Shown: positions 40,904 through 49,680 of the stretch, piece by piece | How the letters are laid out: every line of letters starts with the position of its first letter | How positions within the stretch are numbered: position 1 is the stretch's first letter | Source of the DNA: a virus | Strand: one strand, 5' to 3' | Virus record (IMG/VR): IMGVR_UViG_3300045999_008055 | DNA: 64,000 nucleotides | Notes under the pieces: generated by a model | Told to the model about the DNA's origin: nothing | Seen by the model: the letters and a program-made list of their open reading frames with translations, nothing else | The model's database searches: none | Made by a program: the position numbers and the translations under genes

Positions 40904-43168
40904 TTGAGTCTTATGAATATAAAAGTAAAAAAAAGAAATGGCGTTACAGAAAAATTTGATATAGAAAAAATTCATAAAGTAATAAGTTGGGCTATAAAAG
41001 ATTTAGCTGGTGTTAGTTTGACTGATGTAGAGATTAATGCTAAAATAAATATACATGAAGGTATTTCTACAAAAGAAATACATAAACTTTTAATTGAATC
41101 TGCGGCAAACATGATTAGTGTTGAGAAACCAAACTATCAATATGTAGCTGGAAGATTATTAAATTATCAACTAAGAAAAGATGTTTGGAAAGGTAAGCAT
41201 GCTCCAAGATTATTAGAATTCTTAAATCAAGGATTAAAAAATAAAATCTATGATCCAATTATATTGCAAAAATATGATGAAGATGAGTTGAATAAAATGG
41301 GAGAGTTTATTGATCATGAAAGAGATTATAATTTTACTTATGCAGGAGTAAAACAACTGTGCGATAAATACCTAATAAAAGATCGGGTTACAGGAAAAAT
41401 ATATGAAACTCCTCAATTTGCTTATTTATTGATATCTGCATATGCTTTTATAAATTACCCTAAAGAAACACGATTAAATTATGTTAGAAAATTTTATGAT
41501 GCTATAAGTAAACATAAGATTAACTTACCAACTCCAGTAATGGCTGGAGTAAGAACTCCAAGTAAAAATTATGCAAGTTGTTGCTTAATTGGTGTTGATG
41601 ATAGCAAGGATAGTATTACTGCTAGTGCAACTGCCGTAAGTATGGCTACAGCTAGTAGATGCGGAATAGGTATAGATGTATCAAAGATAAGAGCTATTGG
41701 ATCACCTATTAAAAATGGAGAAGTAGTTCATACTGGACTAATTCCATTTCTTAAGATTTACGAAAGTAGTGTTAAGGCATGGCAACAAAATGGTCTTCGT
41801 GGTGGAAGCGCTACTTGCAATATTCAATGGTGGCATTACGAAATCGAAGATATTGTAGTATTAAAAAATAATGCAGGAACAGACGACAATCGTGTTCGTA
41901 AATTAGATTATACAGTTGGTATGAGCAAATTATTCTACGATAGAGTCTTAAAAGATGAAGAGATTACTTTATTTAACACCGCTGAAGTTCCAGAGTTATA
42001 TGAAGCTTGGGGAACGAAAGATTTTGATAAGGTCTATAAAGAATGCGAAGCTAAAAAACTAAAAATAAAAAAGAAAGTATCTGCTCGTAAATTATTCTCT
42101 CTAATCATTAAAGAAAGAGTTGAAACTGGTAGAATCTATATCCTTAATGTAGATCACGCTAATAATCATGGAGCTTGGTTAGATAAAGTTACGATGAGTA
42201 ATCTTTGTACAGAAGTTATCCACCCTACTATCCCATTGAATGATTATCATGATAAAAATGGTGAAATTGGTATGTGTATTCTTTCGGCAGTAAATATGCT
42301 AGAAATAAAAAACTGGCAAGATCTTGAAAAGACTTGCGATCTTATCGTAAGATTTCTTGATGAAATCATTGAAATTCAAGATTACTTTAATATTGCTGCT
42401 GAAAATTTTGCAAAAAAACGCCGTAGTCTTGGAATAGGAATAACTAATTTAGCAGCATATTTTGCTAAAAATGAATTAAAATATACATCTGATAAAACAA
42501 TTCCAGTTCTTGATGAATGGATGGAGCATTTCCAATACTATCTCCTTAAATCAAGTTTAGAACTTGCTAAAGAAAAAGGAAAATGTGAAAAGTTTGATAG
42601 AACAAAATACTCTAAAGGAATTCTTCCTATTGATACTTACAAAGATAAGATCGATGAATTTTGTAAAAGAAAGCTATCTCTTGATTGGGAAAAATTAAGA
42701 AAAGAGATTAAAGAATTTGGATTAAGACATTCTACATTATCATCTTGTATGCCATGTGAAAGTAGTTCTGTAATTCAATCATCAACAAATGGCGTAGAAC
42801 CTATTCGCAGTTTAATTACTTATAAGATGAGTAAAATGGGTAAATTACCAGTACTAGTTCCTGGGGTTGGCAAATATGATGATAACTATGAACTAGCATA
42901 TGACTTCAAGGATAATTCTGGTTTACTAAAAATAAATGCCGTTATTCAAAAATACATTGACATGGCAATATCAACTAATGTATACTACAATTATTCTCAT
43001 TATGAAAATAATGTTCTTCCAGACGCTAAGGTAATGAAAGAGATCATGCAAGCGTACTCTCTAGGTTTAATTAGTCTTTATTATAATAATACAGACGATG
43101 GAGATAAGGAGCAGCTAATGAATCAGAAAGAAGATCGTGATTGTTCCTCTGGAGCGTGTAAATTATAA
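40904..43168 (+). CDS. nrdA: ribonucleotide reductase class Ia alpha subunit with ATP cone
   Basis: VKKRNG cone, PTP.MAG.RT, SCCL, NLCTE, MPCESSS, C-terminal CSSGACKL. Confidence 0.97.
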   Translation: MSLMNIKVKKRNGVTEKFDIEKIHKVISWAIKDLAGVSLTDVEINAKINIHEGISTKEIHKLLIESAANMISVEKPNYQYVAGRLLNYQLRKDVWKGKHAPRLLEFLNQGLKNKIYDPIILQKYDEDELNKMGEFIDHERDYNFTYAGVKQLCDKYLIKDRVTGKIYETPQFAYLLISAYAFINYPKETRLNYVRKFYDAISKHKINLPTPVMAGVRTPSKNYASCCLIGVDDSKDSITASATAVSMATASRCGIGIDVSKIRAIGSPIKNGEVVHTGLIPFLKIYESSVKAWQQNGLRGGSATCNIQWWHYEIEDIVVLKNNAGTDDNRVRKLDYTVGMSKLFYDRVLKDEEITLFNTAEVPELYEAWGTKDFDKVYKECEAKKLKIKKKVSARKLFSLIIKERVETGRIYILNVDHANNHGAWLDKVTMSNLCTEVIHPTIPLNDYHDKNGEIGMCILSAVNMLEIKNWQDLEKTCDLIVRFLDEIIEIQDYFNIAAENFAKKRRSLGIGITNLAAYFAKNELKYTSDKTIPVLDEWMEHFQYYLLKSSLELAKEKGKCEKFDRTKYSKGILPIDTYKDKIDEFCKRKLSLDWEKLRKEIKEFGLRHSTLSSCMPCESSSVIQSSTNGVEPIRSLITYKMSKMGKLPVLVPGVGKYDDNYELAYDFKDNSGLLKINAVIQKYIDMAISTNVYYNYSHYENNVLPDAKVMKEIMQAYSLGLISLYYNNTDDGDKEQLMNQKEDRDCSSGACKL

Positions 43169-43171
43169 TCT

Positions 43172-44236
43172 ATGAAAAGTGTTTTAAATTTAAAAAATAT
43201 AGATCATACAAAACAACCATTGTTTTTTGGAGAAGATCTTAATCTTCAAAGATATGATCGTTTTAAATATCCTATATTCTTTGAATTATTTAAAAAACAA
43301 GAAGAGTTCTTTTGGTGGCCACATGAAATAGCATTAAATAAAGATCGTAGCGATTATAAAGATCTAGCTGGACAGGAAAGGTTCGTATTTGATACTAACT
43401 TAAAATTTCAAACTCTTGGAGACAGTATGCTTTCAAGAAGTATTCATTCTTTAAAAGATTATGTAAGTAATCCAGAGCTTGAAATATGCATGAATACTTG
43501 GCAAAGATTTGAAGGTATTCATAGTTATTCTTATTCATATCTTCTTAATAATGTTCATCCAGATGCAAGTAAATTTTTTGATAGCATTATGGAAGATAAA
43601 GAAATCGTATCTCGCGCAGAGCTTATTAGAAATAATTTTGATAAAATCCTTGGTGATGATGATAAGAAAGACTTAAAACAAAAAATATTTGATTGTATCC
43701 TTTCTGTTAATGTAATGGAAGGTCTTGTATTCTATGTTTCGTTTGCTTGTTCTTTTTATTTTGGATATCGTGGTAAAATGGAAGGTAATGCTAAGATTAT
43801 TAAATTTATTCAAAGAGATGAAGCTTTACATTTTGCTACAACTCAAAACTTAATCAAGATTCTTAAAGAAGAAGATAAAGAAGGTTTTACTTCTATTGTA
43901 AAGAAGAGTGAAGATAAAGTTTATGCCTTCTATGAACAAGCTGCAAAAAATGAAATTGAATGGGCAGAGTACCTTTTTAGTAAAGGTTCTTTATTGGGTT
44001 TAAATGCAGAAGTTCTAGCTGGTTATTCTAAATGGCTTTGTGATGCTCGTTTACGATCATTAGGATATAAGAAAATTTTTAATCAAAAAGACAATCCTAT
44101 TGCTGGCTGGTTAGATAGTTATCTTGACAGTAGTAAGGTGCAAGTAGCTCCACAAGAAACAGAAATATCTACTTATAAGATTGGTGCAAGAAAAACTGAT
44201 ATATCTGATGATGATTTTGGAGATATGAAGCTATAA
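43172..44236 (+). CDS. nrdB: ribonucleotide reductase class Ia beta subunit
   Basis: FWWP.E, E.IHS.SY, EG..FY.SF, RDEALH, VAPQE.EI..Y. Confidence 0.97.
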   Translation: MKSVLNLKNIDHTKQPLFFGEDLNLQRYDRFKYPIFFELFKKQEEFFWWPHEIALNKDRSDYKDLAGQERFVFDTNLKFQTLGDSMLSRSIHSLKDYVSNPELEICMNTWQRFEGIHSYSYSYLLNNVHPDASKFFDSIMEDKEIVSRAELIRNNFDKILGDDDKKDLKQKIFDCILSVNVMEGLVFYVSFACSFYFGYRGKMEGNAKIIKFIQRDEALHFATTQNLIKILKEEDKEGFTSIVKKSEDKVYAFYEQAAKNEIEWAEYLFSKGSLLGLNAEVLAGYSKWLCDARLRSLGYKKIFNQKDNPIAGWLDSYLDSSKVQVAPQETEISTYKIGARKTDISDDDFGDMKL

Positions 44237-44503
44237 TATAATACAAAAGTGTATTATATAGTGTGAGCGAAATTAAAAAGAAAAAGAAAGTAAATCAACT
44301 TACAATTAAAGAGTGCGAAGCTATCCTAAATAGACTAGCTGGACAAATAGAATGTAAGTATTATCAGCATGTTTTAAATCACTATAGAAAGCTATTACCT
44401 TCTCATGGTGCAGCTATTGAACTATCTAATGTCCCAAGCGATAATAATGCTACTTTGCCTTAATTTTAATTAAAAATAATCATCCTTAAGTGTAAATATA
44501 TGT

Positions 44504-44836
44504 GTGAATTTAGATATCACAACAGTATTTAATCTTGTTATAGGAGCCTTATCATTTCTTGGTGGATGGCTATTTACTAGAGTATTTTCTATATCTGATC
44601 GTCAAGAGAAATTAATTAAAGATTTAAATGACAAAACATTTAGTGACTTCATAGCTTTAAGAAAAGAAGTAGAAATAGAAAGTAGAAAACATCAACAAGA
44701 AATAGCAGACTTAGCTTTAAAGGTTAGTACTACTTATGTTACGAAAGAATCCTTTGAAGCTTATTTTGATAGAATAGAAGCTAAACTTGATCGTAATTTC
44801 GAGACAATTCAACAATATTTGATGAACAAAAAATAA
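44504..44836 (+). CDS. single-TM coiled-coil protein (holin-like?)
   Basis: N-terminal TM followed by coiled coil. Confidence 0.45.
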   Translation: MNLDITTVFNLVIGALSFLGGWLFTRVFSISDRQEKLIKDLNDKTFSDFIALRKEVEIESRKHQQEIADLALKVSTTYVTKESFEAYFDRIEAKLDRNFETIQQYLMNKK

Positions 44837-44857
44837 AAATTAACTGTAATAGTTAAT

Positions 44858-45373
44858 GTGACTCTTTCGGAAAGAGATATTGATTTTTTTGCAAAGAAAT
44901 TAAGTTTATCGCCAGAAAAGACTTTTCTACTCTTGCAAGATCCAGATTGTTTGCCAGAAATTCTAAATAAAGTAGCAGAAGATAATATAGATGGAATTGT
45001 AGATATTAGTTTTCCTGTTTTTGCAGAGCTAACGATTATAAAATATAGTAAAGATTTAAACTATTCTTTTGAAGAAAAAGAGTATGTGTCAGAAACAGTT
45101 GGAACAAAATTTTATGATCTAATAGAATATCCGCTACAAAATAAATACTTTTTTACATTAGAGCAAAATGAAGATACTGCTAAATCTGTATTAGTATTTC
45201 TAGGATTCTTTTATAAAAGTTTACAGAAAACTAGAAGATGTTATCCATCAGAAAATGTTTATTATAATATAGCAAAAAATGGTTTTGAAAATTCAGAAAA
45301 ACAAGAAATATCTTATCATCTTAAAGATTGGATTAAAGTACTAAGAATCATACATAATGAAGTTTGGTATTAA
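44858..45373 (+). CDS. hypothetical protein
   Basis: 171-aa ORF. Confidence 0.6.
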   Translation: MTLSERDIDFFAKKLSLSPEKTFLLLQDPDCLPEILNKVAEDNIDGIVDISFPVFAELTIIKYSKDLNYSFEEKEYVSETVGTKFYDLIEYPLQNKYFFTLEQNEDTAKSVLVFLGFFYKSLQKTRRCYPSENVYYNIAKNGFENSEKQEISYHLKDWIKVLRIIHNEVWY

Positions 45374-45399
45374 TACGATATCCTTAATTATTTAACTTT

Positions 45400-45703
45400 T
45401 CTTTGATATCCAAAAGGGCTTTACCTCCAAATTTTATATATCTGAAGTTAAGTATTATCAATCCAACTTTTCTTTTGACTCCAAATTTATCACGATCTCA
45501 GCGATAAACGGGCCATCGCACTTATGGGTCAGAGGTAGCTTCGACCACTACATTCTGCGATGCCTATAGCTACATTCCCTTCAAAAGCCATATTATGTAC
45601 AAAAGAAGGTTTTAATAGTTGTCAGCCCTTTAGACATTGCTATCTCAAGGATTGATAGTTGATTTTTTGACATCAACAAACTGCTCTAATTGGAAGCTAT
45701 GTT
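45400..45703 (-). ncRNA. candidate large structured ncRNA B
   Basis: About 385-nt ORF-free gap; own TTGACA (45732-45737); local stems plus two 8-9 bp long-range complementarities; GCAA tetraloop. Confidence 0.6.
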
Positions 45704-45759
45704 AAATTATATTAGAATAGATTTGTCTTTTTGTCAAAGTTTTTTTATAATATATAAAA

Positions 45760-45969
45760 ATGGAAATAATCAAAAATAAGGCTAAATGGTCAGTTTACTC
45801 TCAAAAATGCATTAAGCATTATAATATAGATAATGATAATATTTATGATGAACCTAGCGAATATCCTTGTATTGCAATACCACAATTAATTTCGGACATA
45901 AATGGCGCAAGAGTTAAATTTAATTTTGTTTATAAAAAAGATTGCCAAAAACTTTTAAAAGCTTTATAA
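45760..45969 (+). CDS. hypothetical protein
   Basis: ORF with TATAAT just upstream. Confidence 0.55.
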   Translation: MEIIKNKAKWSVYSQKCIKHYNIDNDNIYDEPSEYPCIAIPQLISDINGARVKFNFVYKKDCQKLLKAL

Positions 45970-45999
45970 TGTGTAAAATAATATAAGTTCTTTCTCATT

Positions 46000-46386
46000 G
46001 GGCCAGATTTGGTTTCGATTTTAGGAATCGGAATTAGAATGCAAGTAGAGGTTTAGGTGGGTCTCTTTAAAAAGCCTTAAAAGTATTAACTGCCAAAACA
46101 GCTAAATACAAAGGTCATATCTCTGCTAGAGTTTCTCTAGTCGAGGAGACCGCTTCTGTAGCTTAAGTTCTACAGCGTGATTACCATGACACATCTAATG
46201 GATAATTGCGTATTTAGATGTCTTTATTTATAAAGTTTTTTTATTCTTTATAGGTTTAGTATTCAAAATAAAATCGCTGAGTATGTTTGTTTTTTCTCTA
46301 TACAAAGCTAAAAACAAAAAGAACTAAACTTGTAGTATTTTAATTTAAATTCACTAAAAGAAGCGGTTCGACTCCGCACTGGTCCA
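46000..46386 (+). ncRNA. ssrA: tmRNA
   Basis: 5' GGGCCAG..GGTTTCGA pairs with 3' CTGGTCC-A (G3-U70); T-arm GCGGTTCGACTCCGC; tag ORF 46092-46166 AKTAKYKGHISARVSLVEETASVA*. Confidence 0.93.
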
Positions 46387-46432
46387 AGTTTATTATTGAG
46401 AATATTTATAATTATATTATACTTAAATATTA

Positions 46433-46984
46433 ATGATTAAAAAAACAAAGATAATTTGTGCCACTTGCAATAAAGAGCATGAAATAAGACTAAGTGATTA
46501 TAAGAGAAAAATTAAAAATGGACAGGATAAATTTTACTGTAGTTTAAAATGTTCTGGAAAAGCTGATTATAAAAATAATCCTCAAAAACTTGAAAAAAAT
46601 AAAGGCAACATATCTTTATTAAAAGGATATGAGGCAAATAGATTAGATGAATATAGTCCATTCAAATATTCATTAAATAAAGCTAAATCCAGAAGTAAAG
46701 AAAGAGGAGAGGAGACAGATTTAACTTTAGAATATTTAAAAGAAATTTATGATAAACAAAAAGGTTTATGTGCATATACTAATATAAAGATGGAAATTCC
46801 TAGATCTTCTCAAGATGAAGATATTAAAAAAAGCCCAACAAAATTAAGCTTAGATAGAATTCATTCTCATACTGGTTATTTTAAAGGAAATGTAGAATTT
46901 GTGTGTTATTGTATTAATGTTATGAAAAATGATTTTACAAAAGAAGAGATGATAAAATTTATAAATCAAATAAAGTGTAAATAA
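46433..46984 (+). CDS. HNH-like (His-Me) endonuclease with N-terminal Zn ribbon
   Basis: CATC..FYCSLKC; CAYT...SLDRI....GY..GNV.FVC...N.MKN. Confidence 0.8.
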   Translation: MIKKTKIICATCNKEHEIRLSDYKRKIKNGQDKFYCSLKCSGKADYKNNPQKLEKNKGNISLLKGYEANRLDEYSPFKYSLNKAKSRSKERGEETDLTLEYLKEIYDKQKGLCAYTNIKMEIPRSSQDEDIKKSPTKLSLDRIHSHTGYFKGNVEFVCYCINVMKNDFTKEEMIKFINQIKCK

Positions 46985-47069
46985 AATAAATGAAAGATGG
47001 CGCAGAATATATTTATACTTTAATTATTGGGCTTATTATATTTGGTTTAGCCAAATTCTTATTAAGCCT

Positions 47070-47267
47070 ATGAGCAATCCTAGATACAAGGTTGGCGACA
47101 AAGTAAAATATAAATGTGTTTATAACAATGAAATAGTAGTTGGCGAAATACTTAGCATAAGACAAGCAAATTTAAATTGGGATTATAGTATTAGATATGA
47201 AGTATTTGTTAATTTAGTTTATGTTCAATGGGTCAAAGAACAAGATATACTTGAGAGAGTAAAATAA
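47070..47267 (+). CDS. small SH3/KOW-like protein
   Basis: YKVGDKV motif. Confidence 0.5.
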   Translation: MSNPRYKVGDKVKYKCVYNNEIVVGEILSIRQANLNWDYSIRYEVFVNLVYVQWVKEQDILERVK

Positions 47268-47270
47268 TAA

Positions 47271-47672
47271 TTATCTTACTTCTTTTCTTCCCTTACCTTT
47301 ATTTAAATTTCTATGAGAATCAGTTAGTGAGTGGCAATTTGGACATAAAACTTCTAAATTGTTTATATTATTATTTTTAAAATCTCCATCTTTATGATGA
47401 ATTTCTAATGTGCTTTTGCCTGTTGTTGAATTTCTTTTATTCCAACCGCAGATTTCGCATGAGTAGTTCTTTTTGTTTATTAAATAATTTCTAATAAAAG
47501 GTCTAATTTGCCCATTTGTTGTATACCCTCTATTGTTTCCATTTAACCAGTTTTGTATTTTAACATTGTTTTGATATTTAAACTGGCATGTATTATTACA
47601 ATAATATTTTATAGGTTTATCACATTCTTTGTTACAATTTTTGCATTTTCTTCTTGGCTTTCTAATATTCAT
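47271..47672 (-). CDS. HNH endonuclease
   Basis: CEICGW...LEIHHKDG...N...NL.VLCPNCH; start set at ATG 47672, 14 nt after GTGTAA. Confidence 0.88.
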   Translation of the reverse strand: MNIRKPRRKCKNCNKECDKPIKYYCNNTCQFKYQNNVKIQNWLNGNNRGYTTNGQIRPFIRNYLINKKNYSCEICGWNKRNSTTGKSTLEIHHKDGDFKNNNINNLEVLCPNCHSLTDSHRNLNKGKGRKEVR

Positions 47673-47764
47673 ATAAAATATTACACTCAAAAATAGACCA
47701 TTTAATAAATAATATTAGGTCTAATATAATAATTTTGTATATTATTTAGTGTAATTAATCCGCA

Positions 47765-49126
47765 ATGGCCGATAATTTTTTTACATCTCCAGATCATTCC
47801 GAAAAAAGAATCGGGTTAGTTTACAATAGCGATAGTGGTTATTATCAACCAATAGATTTTAGTAAAATAGATGATATTGAATCTCTTTTAAGGAATTCTT
47901 CAAGTCCAACTAATATTGATGCATTTGGTCGCCAAAGAATATCAAATCCATTTACTCTTGCAGATTATTCTCACGTTTACGGAGAAGAAACAGAATTATT
48001 AACTAAAACTAGTGGTACAAATTCTAATACAACATTTAATATTAATCAAGCAAAAGCAGTGCTCCAAGTTGGAACTGGAGCTAATGATTTTACAATTCAC
48101 CAAAGCAGAATGTATCATCACTACATGCCAGGAAAAAGTCAATTGACTTTTCAAAGTTTTAATTTTACAGGATATAGAGCTGGCACAAATAAAAGAATTG
48201 GTCTTTTTGATGATTATAATGGTATATTTTTTGAACAAAGTGGAGATGGAACACTAGCTCTTGTTTTAAGAAACGATGTTTCAGGATTTGTATCAGAAGA
48301 AAGAATAACCCAAAACAATTGGAATATAGATAAATGTAATGGAAGTGGAATTTCTCAATTTAATATAGATATAACAAAAACACAATTATTCACTGCAGAT
48401 TTTCAATGGTTAGGAGTAGGAAGACTACGAGCTGGATTTGTACATGATGGTCAATCAATAATTGCTCATGAATTTTATAATAGCAATAACAAACTAACCG
48501 TTTATTGGAGTAACCCAAATCTTCCAGTTAGATGTGAAATTAGAAATTACGCTGTAGCAGTTGGAACAGATACTATGGATCAAATTTGCGCTACAGTAAT
48601 GAGTGAAGGTGGATACAGTGAAGCAGGAGTAGATTTTGCAGCAAGAAATCTTACAGCAAGATCAGTAGCCACAACTAGCCAACTTCCACTAATCGCAATA
48701 GCACTAAAGACTGGATATTATGGTAAACCAAACCGAAGCGTTGTTAGACCAAACATGGCTAATATTTATACAGCTGTAGATGCAGTAACTTATGAACTTT
48801 GGAGAATTCCAAGTACTGGTCAAATAGTTGGCGGAACTTGGGTAAGCGTAAACGATGAAAGCGTTGTTCAATATAATACTAGTGCAACAAGTGTTAATTT
48901 TGCCAGTGGTATGTTAATAGATGCTGGATATTGTATTGCTGGAGGTCAGGGAGCAGGAAAATTTAGTTCTCAATCTCAAATACAAACTTTATCAAGCGCA
49001 AAAAGAGGTTATATTAGTCAAAATATTGATAGCACAAATAGTAATGTTTTTGTTATAGTTGGATCTGGAATTGGCGCTGCATCAAGCAATACTTTTGCAA
49101 GCTTACAATGGCGAGAAACTAGATAA
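47765..49126 (+). CDS. putative virion structural protein (DAFGR..S.P.TL family)
   Basis: DAFGRQRISNPFTL, Y.PGKSQ, FQWLGVGRLRAGF, NLPVR.EI. Confidence 0.65.
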   Translation: MADNFFTSPDHSEKRIGLVYNSDSGYYQPIDFSKIDDIESLLRNSSSPTNIDAFGRQRISNPFTLADYSHVYGEETELLTKTSGTNSNTTFNINQAKAVLQVGTGANDFTIHQSRMYHHYMPGKSQLTFQSFNFTGYRAGTNKRIGLFDDYNGIFFEQSGDGTLALVLRNDVSGFVSEERITQNNWNIDKCNGSGISQFNIDITKTQLFTADFQWLGVGRLRAGFVHDGQSIIAHEFYNSNNKLTVYWSNPNLPVRCEIRNYAVAVGTDTMDQICATVMSEGGYSEAGVDFAARNLTARSVATTSQLPLIAIALKTGYYGKPNRSVVRPNMANIYTAVDAVTYELWRIPSTGQIVGGTWVSVNDESVVQYNTSATSVNFASGMLIDAGYCIAGGQGAGKFSSQSQIQTLSSAKRGYISQNIDSTNSNVFVIVGSGIGAASSNTFASLQWRETR

Positions 49127-49170
49127 TTTATAATATCAATTTTTATATTTAATGTGTAATATAAAATACT

Positions 49171-49668
49171 ATGGCAAATTTTACAACAAAAGATCCATCC
49201 GAAAAACGCATTTCTTTAGTATATAATAGTGATATCACAGGATACCAACCAATTGATTTCAGTAAAATTGATGGAATCGAAGGTTTACTATCTAATATTT
49301 TTGTAACAGGAGCAAATATTCCTTCTGGAATAACAGTTTATCAAGCTAATTTAGATAAAAATCTTGATAATGTTTCAACTTCTCCTATTCAAAGTTCTTC
49401 AGTATCTAACGCTACCGCAAGTGGATCAAATGGTACAATTTTAGCCGCTAATGAAAATCGCTTAGAATTGTTTGTTCAAAATCTTGCAACTGGTCAATTA
49501 TATGTAAAATACGGAACTTCTGCTGCTTCTAATTCATTTAATTTTGTTTTAGCTGGTAATAGTTTTGCTAATGCTGGTGATGGCGGAAGTCTTTCTGACC
49601 AAGCTTATACTGGCGTAGTTAGTGTTTCTGGCGCAACCCCAAACTATATTAGCTGGGAAAGAAGTTAA
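49171..49668 (+). CDS. putative virion protein sharing an N-terminal module with the upstream gene
   Basis: SEKRI.LVYNSD...YQPIDFSKID.IE.LL in both proteins. Confidence 0.6.
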   Translation: MANFTTKDPSEKRISLVYNSDITGYQPIDFSKIDGIEGLLSNIFVTGANIPSGITVYQANLDKNLDNVSTSPIQSSSVSNATASGSNGTILAANENRLELFVQNLATGQLYVKYGTSAASNSFNFVLAGNSFANAGDGGSLSDQAYTGVVSVSGATPNYISWERS

Positions 49669-49680
49669 TGGAGCCAGAAC

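Noticed and set aside
40904-44236. Introns/inteins in nrdA/nrdB
   Set aside because: Both are contiguous and of normal class Ia length.
45400-47672. HEARO/omega RNA with IscB, or a group I intron with homing endonuclease
   Set aside because: The HNH proteins are short, lack PLMP/RuvC motifs and are not adjacent to the RNA; no interrupted host gene or recognisable intron core.
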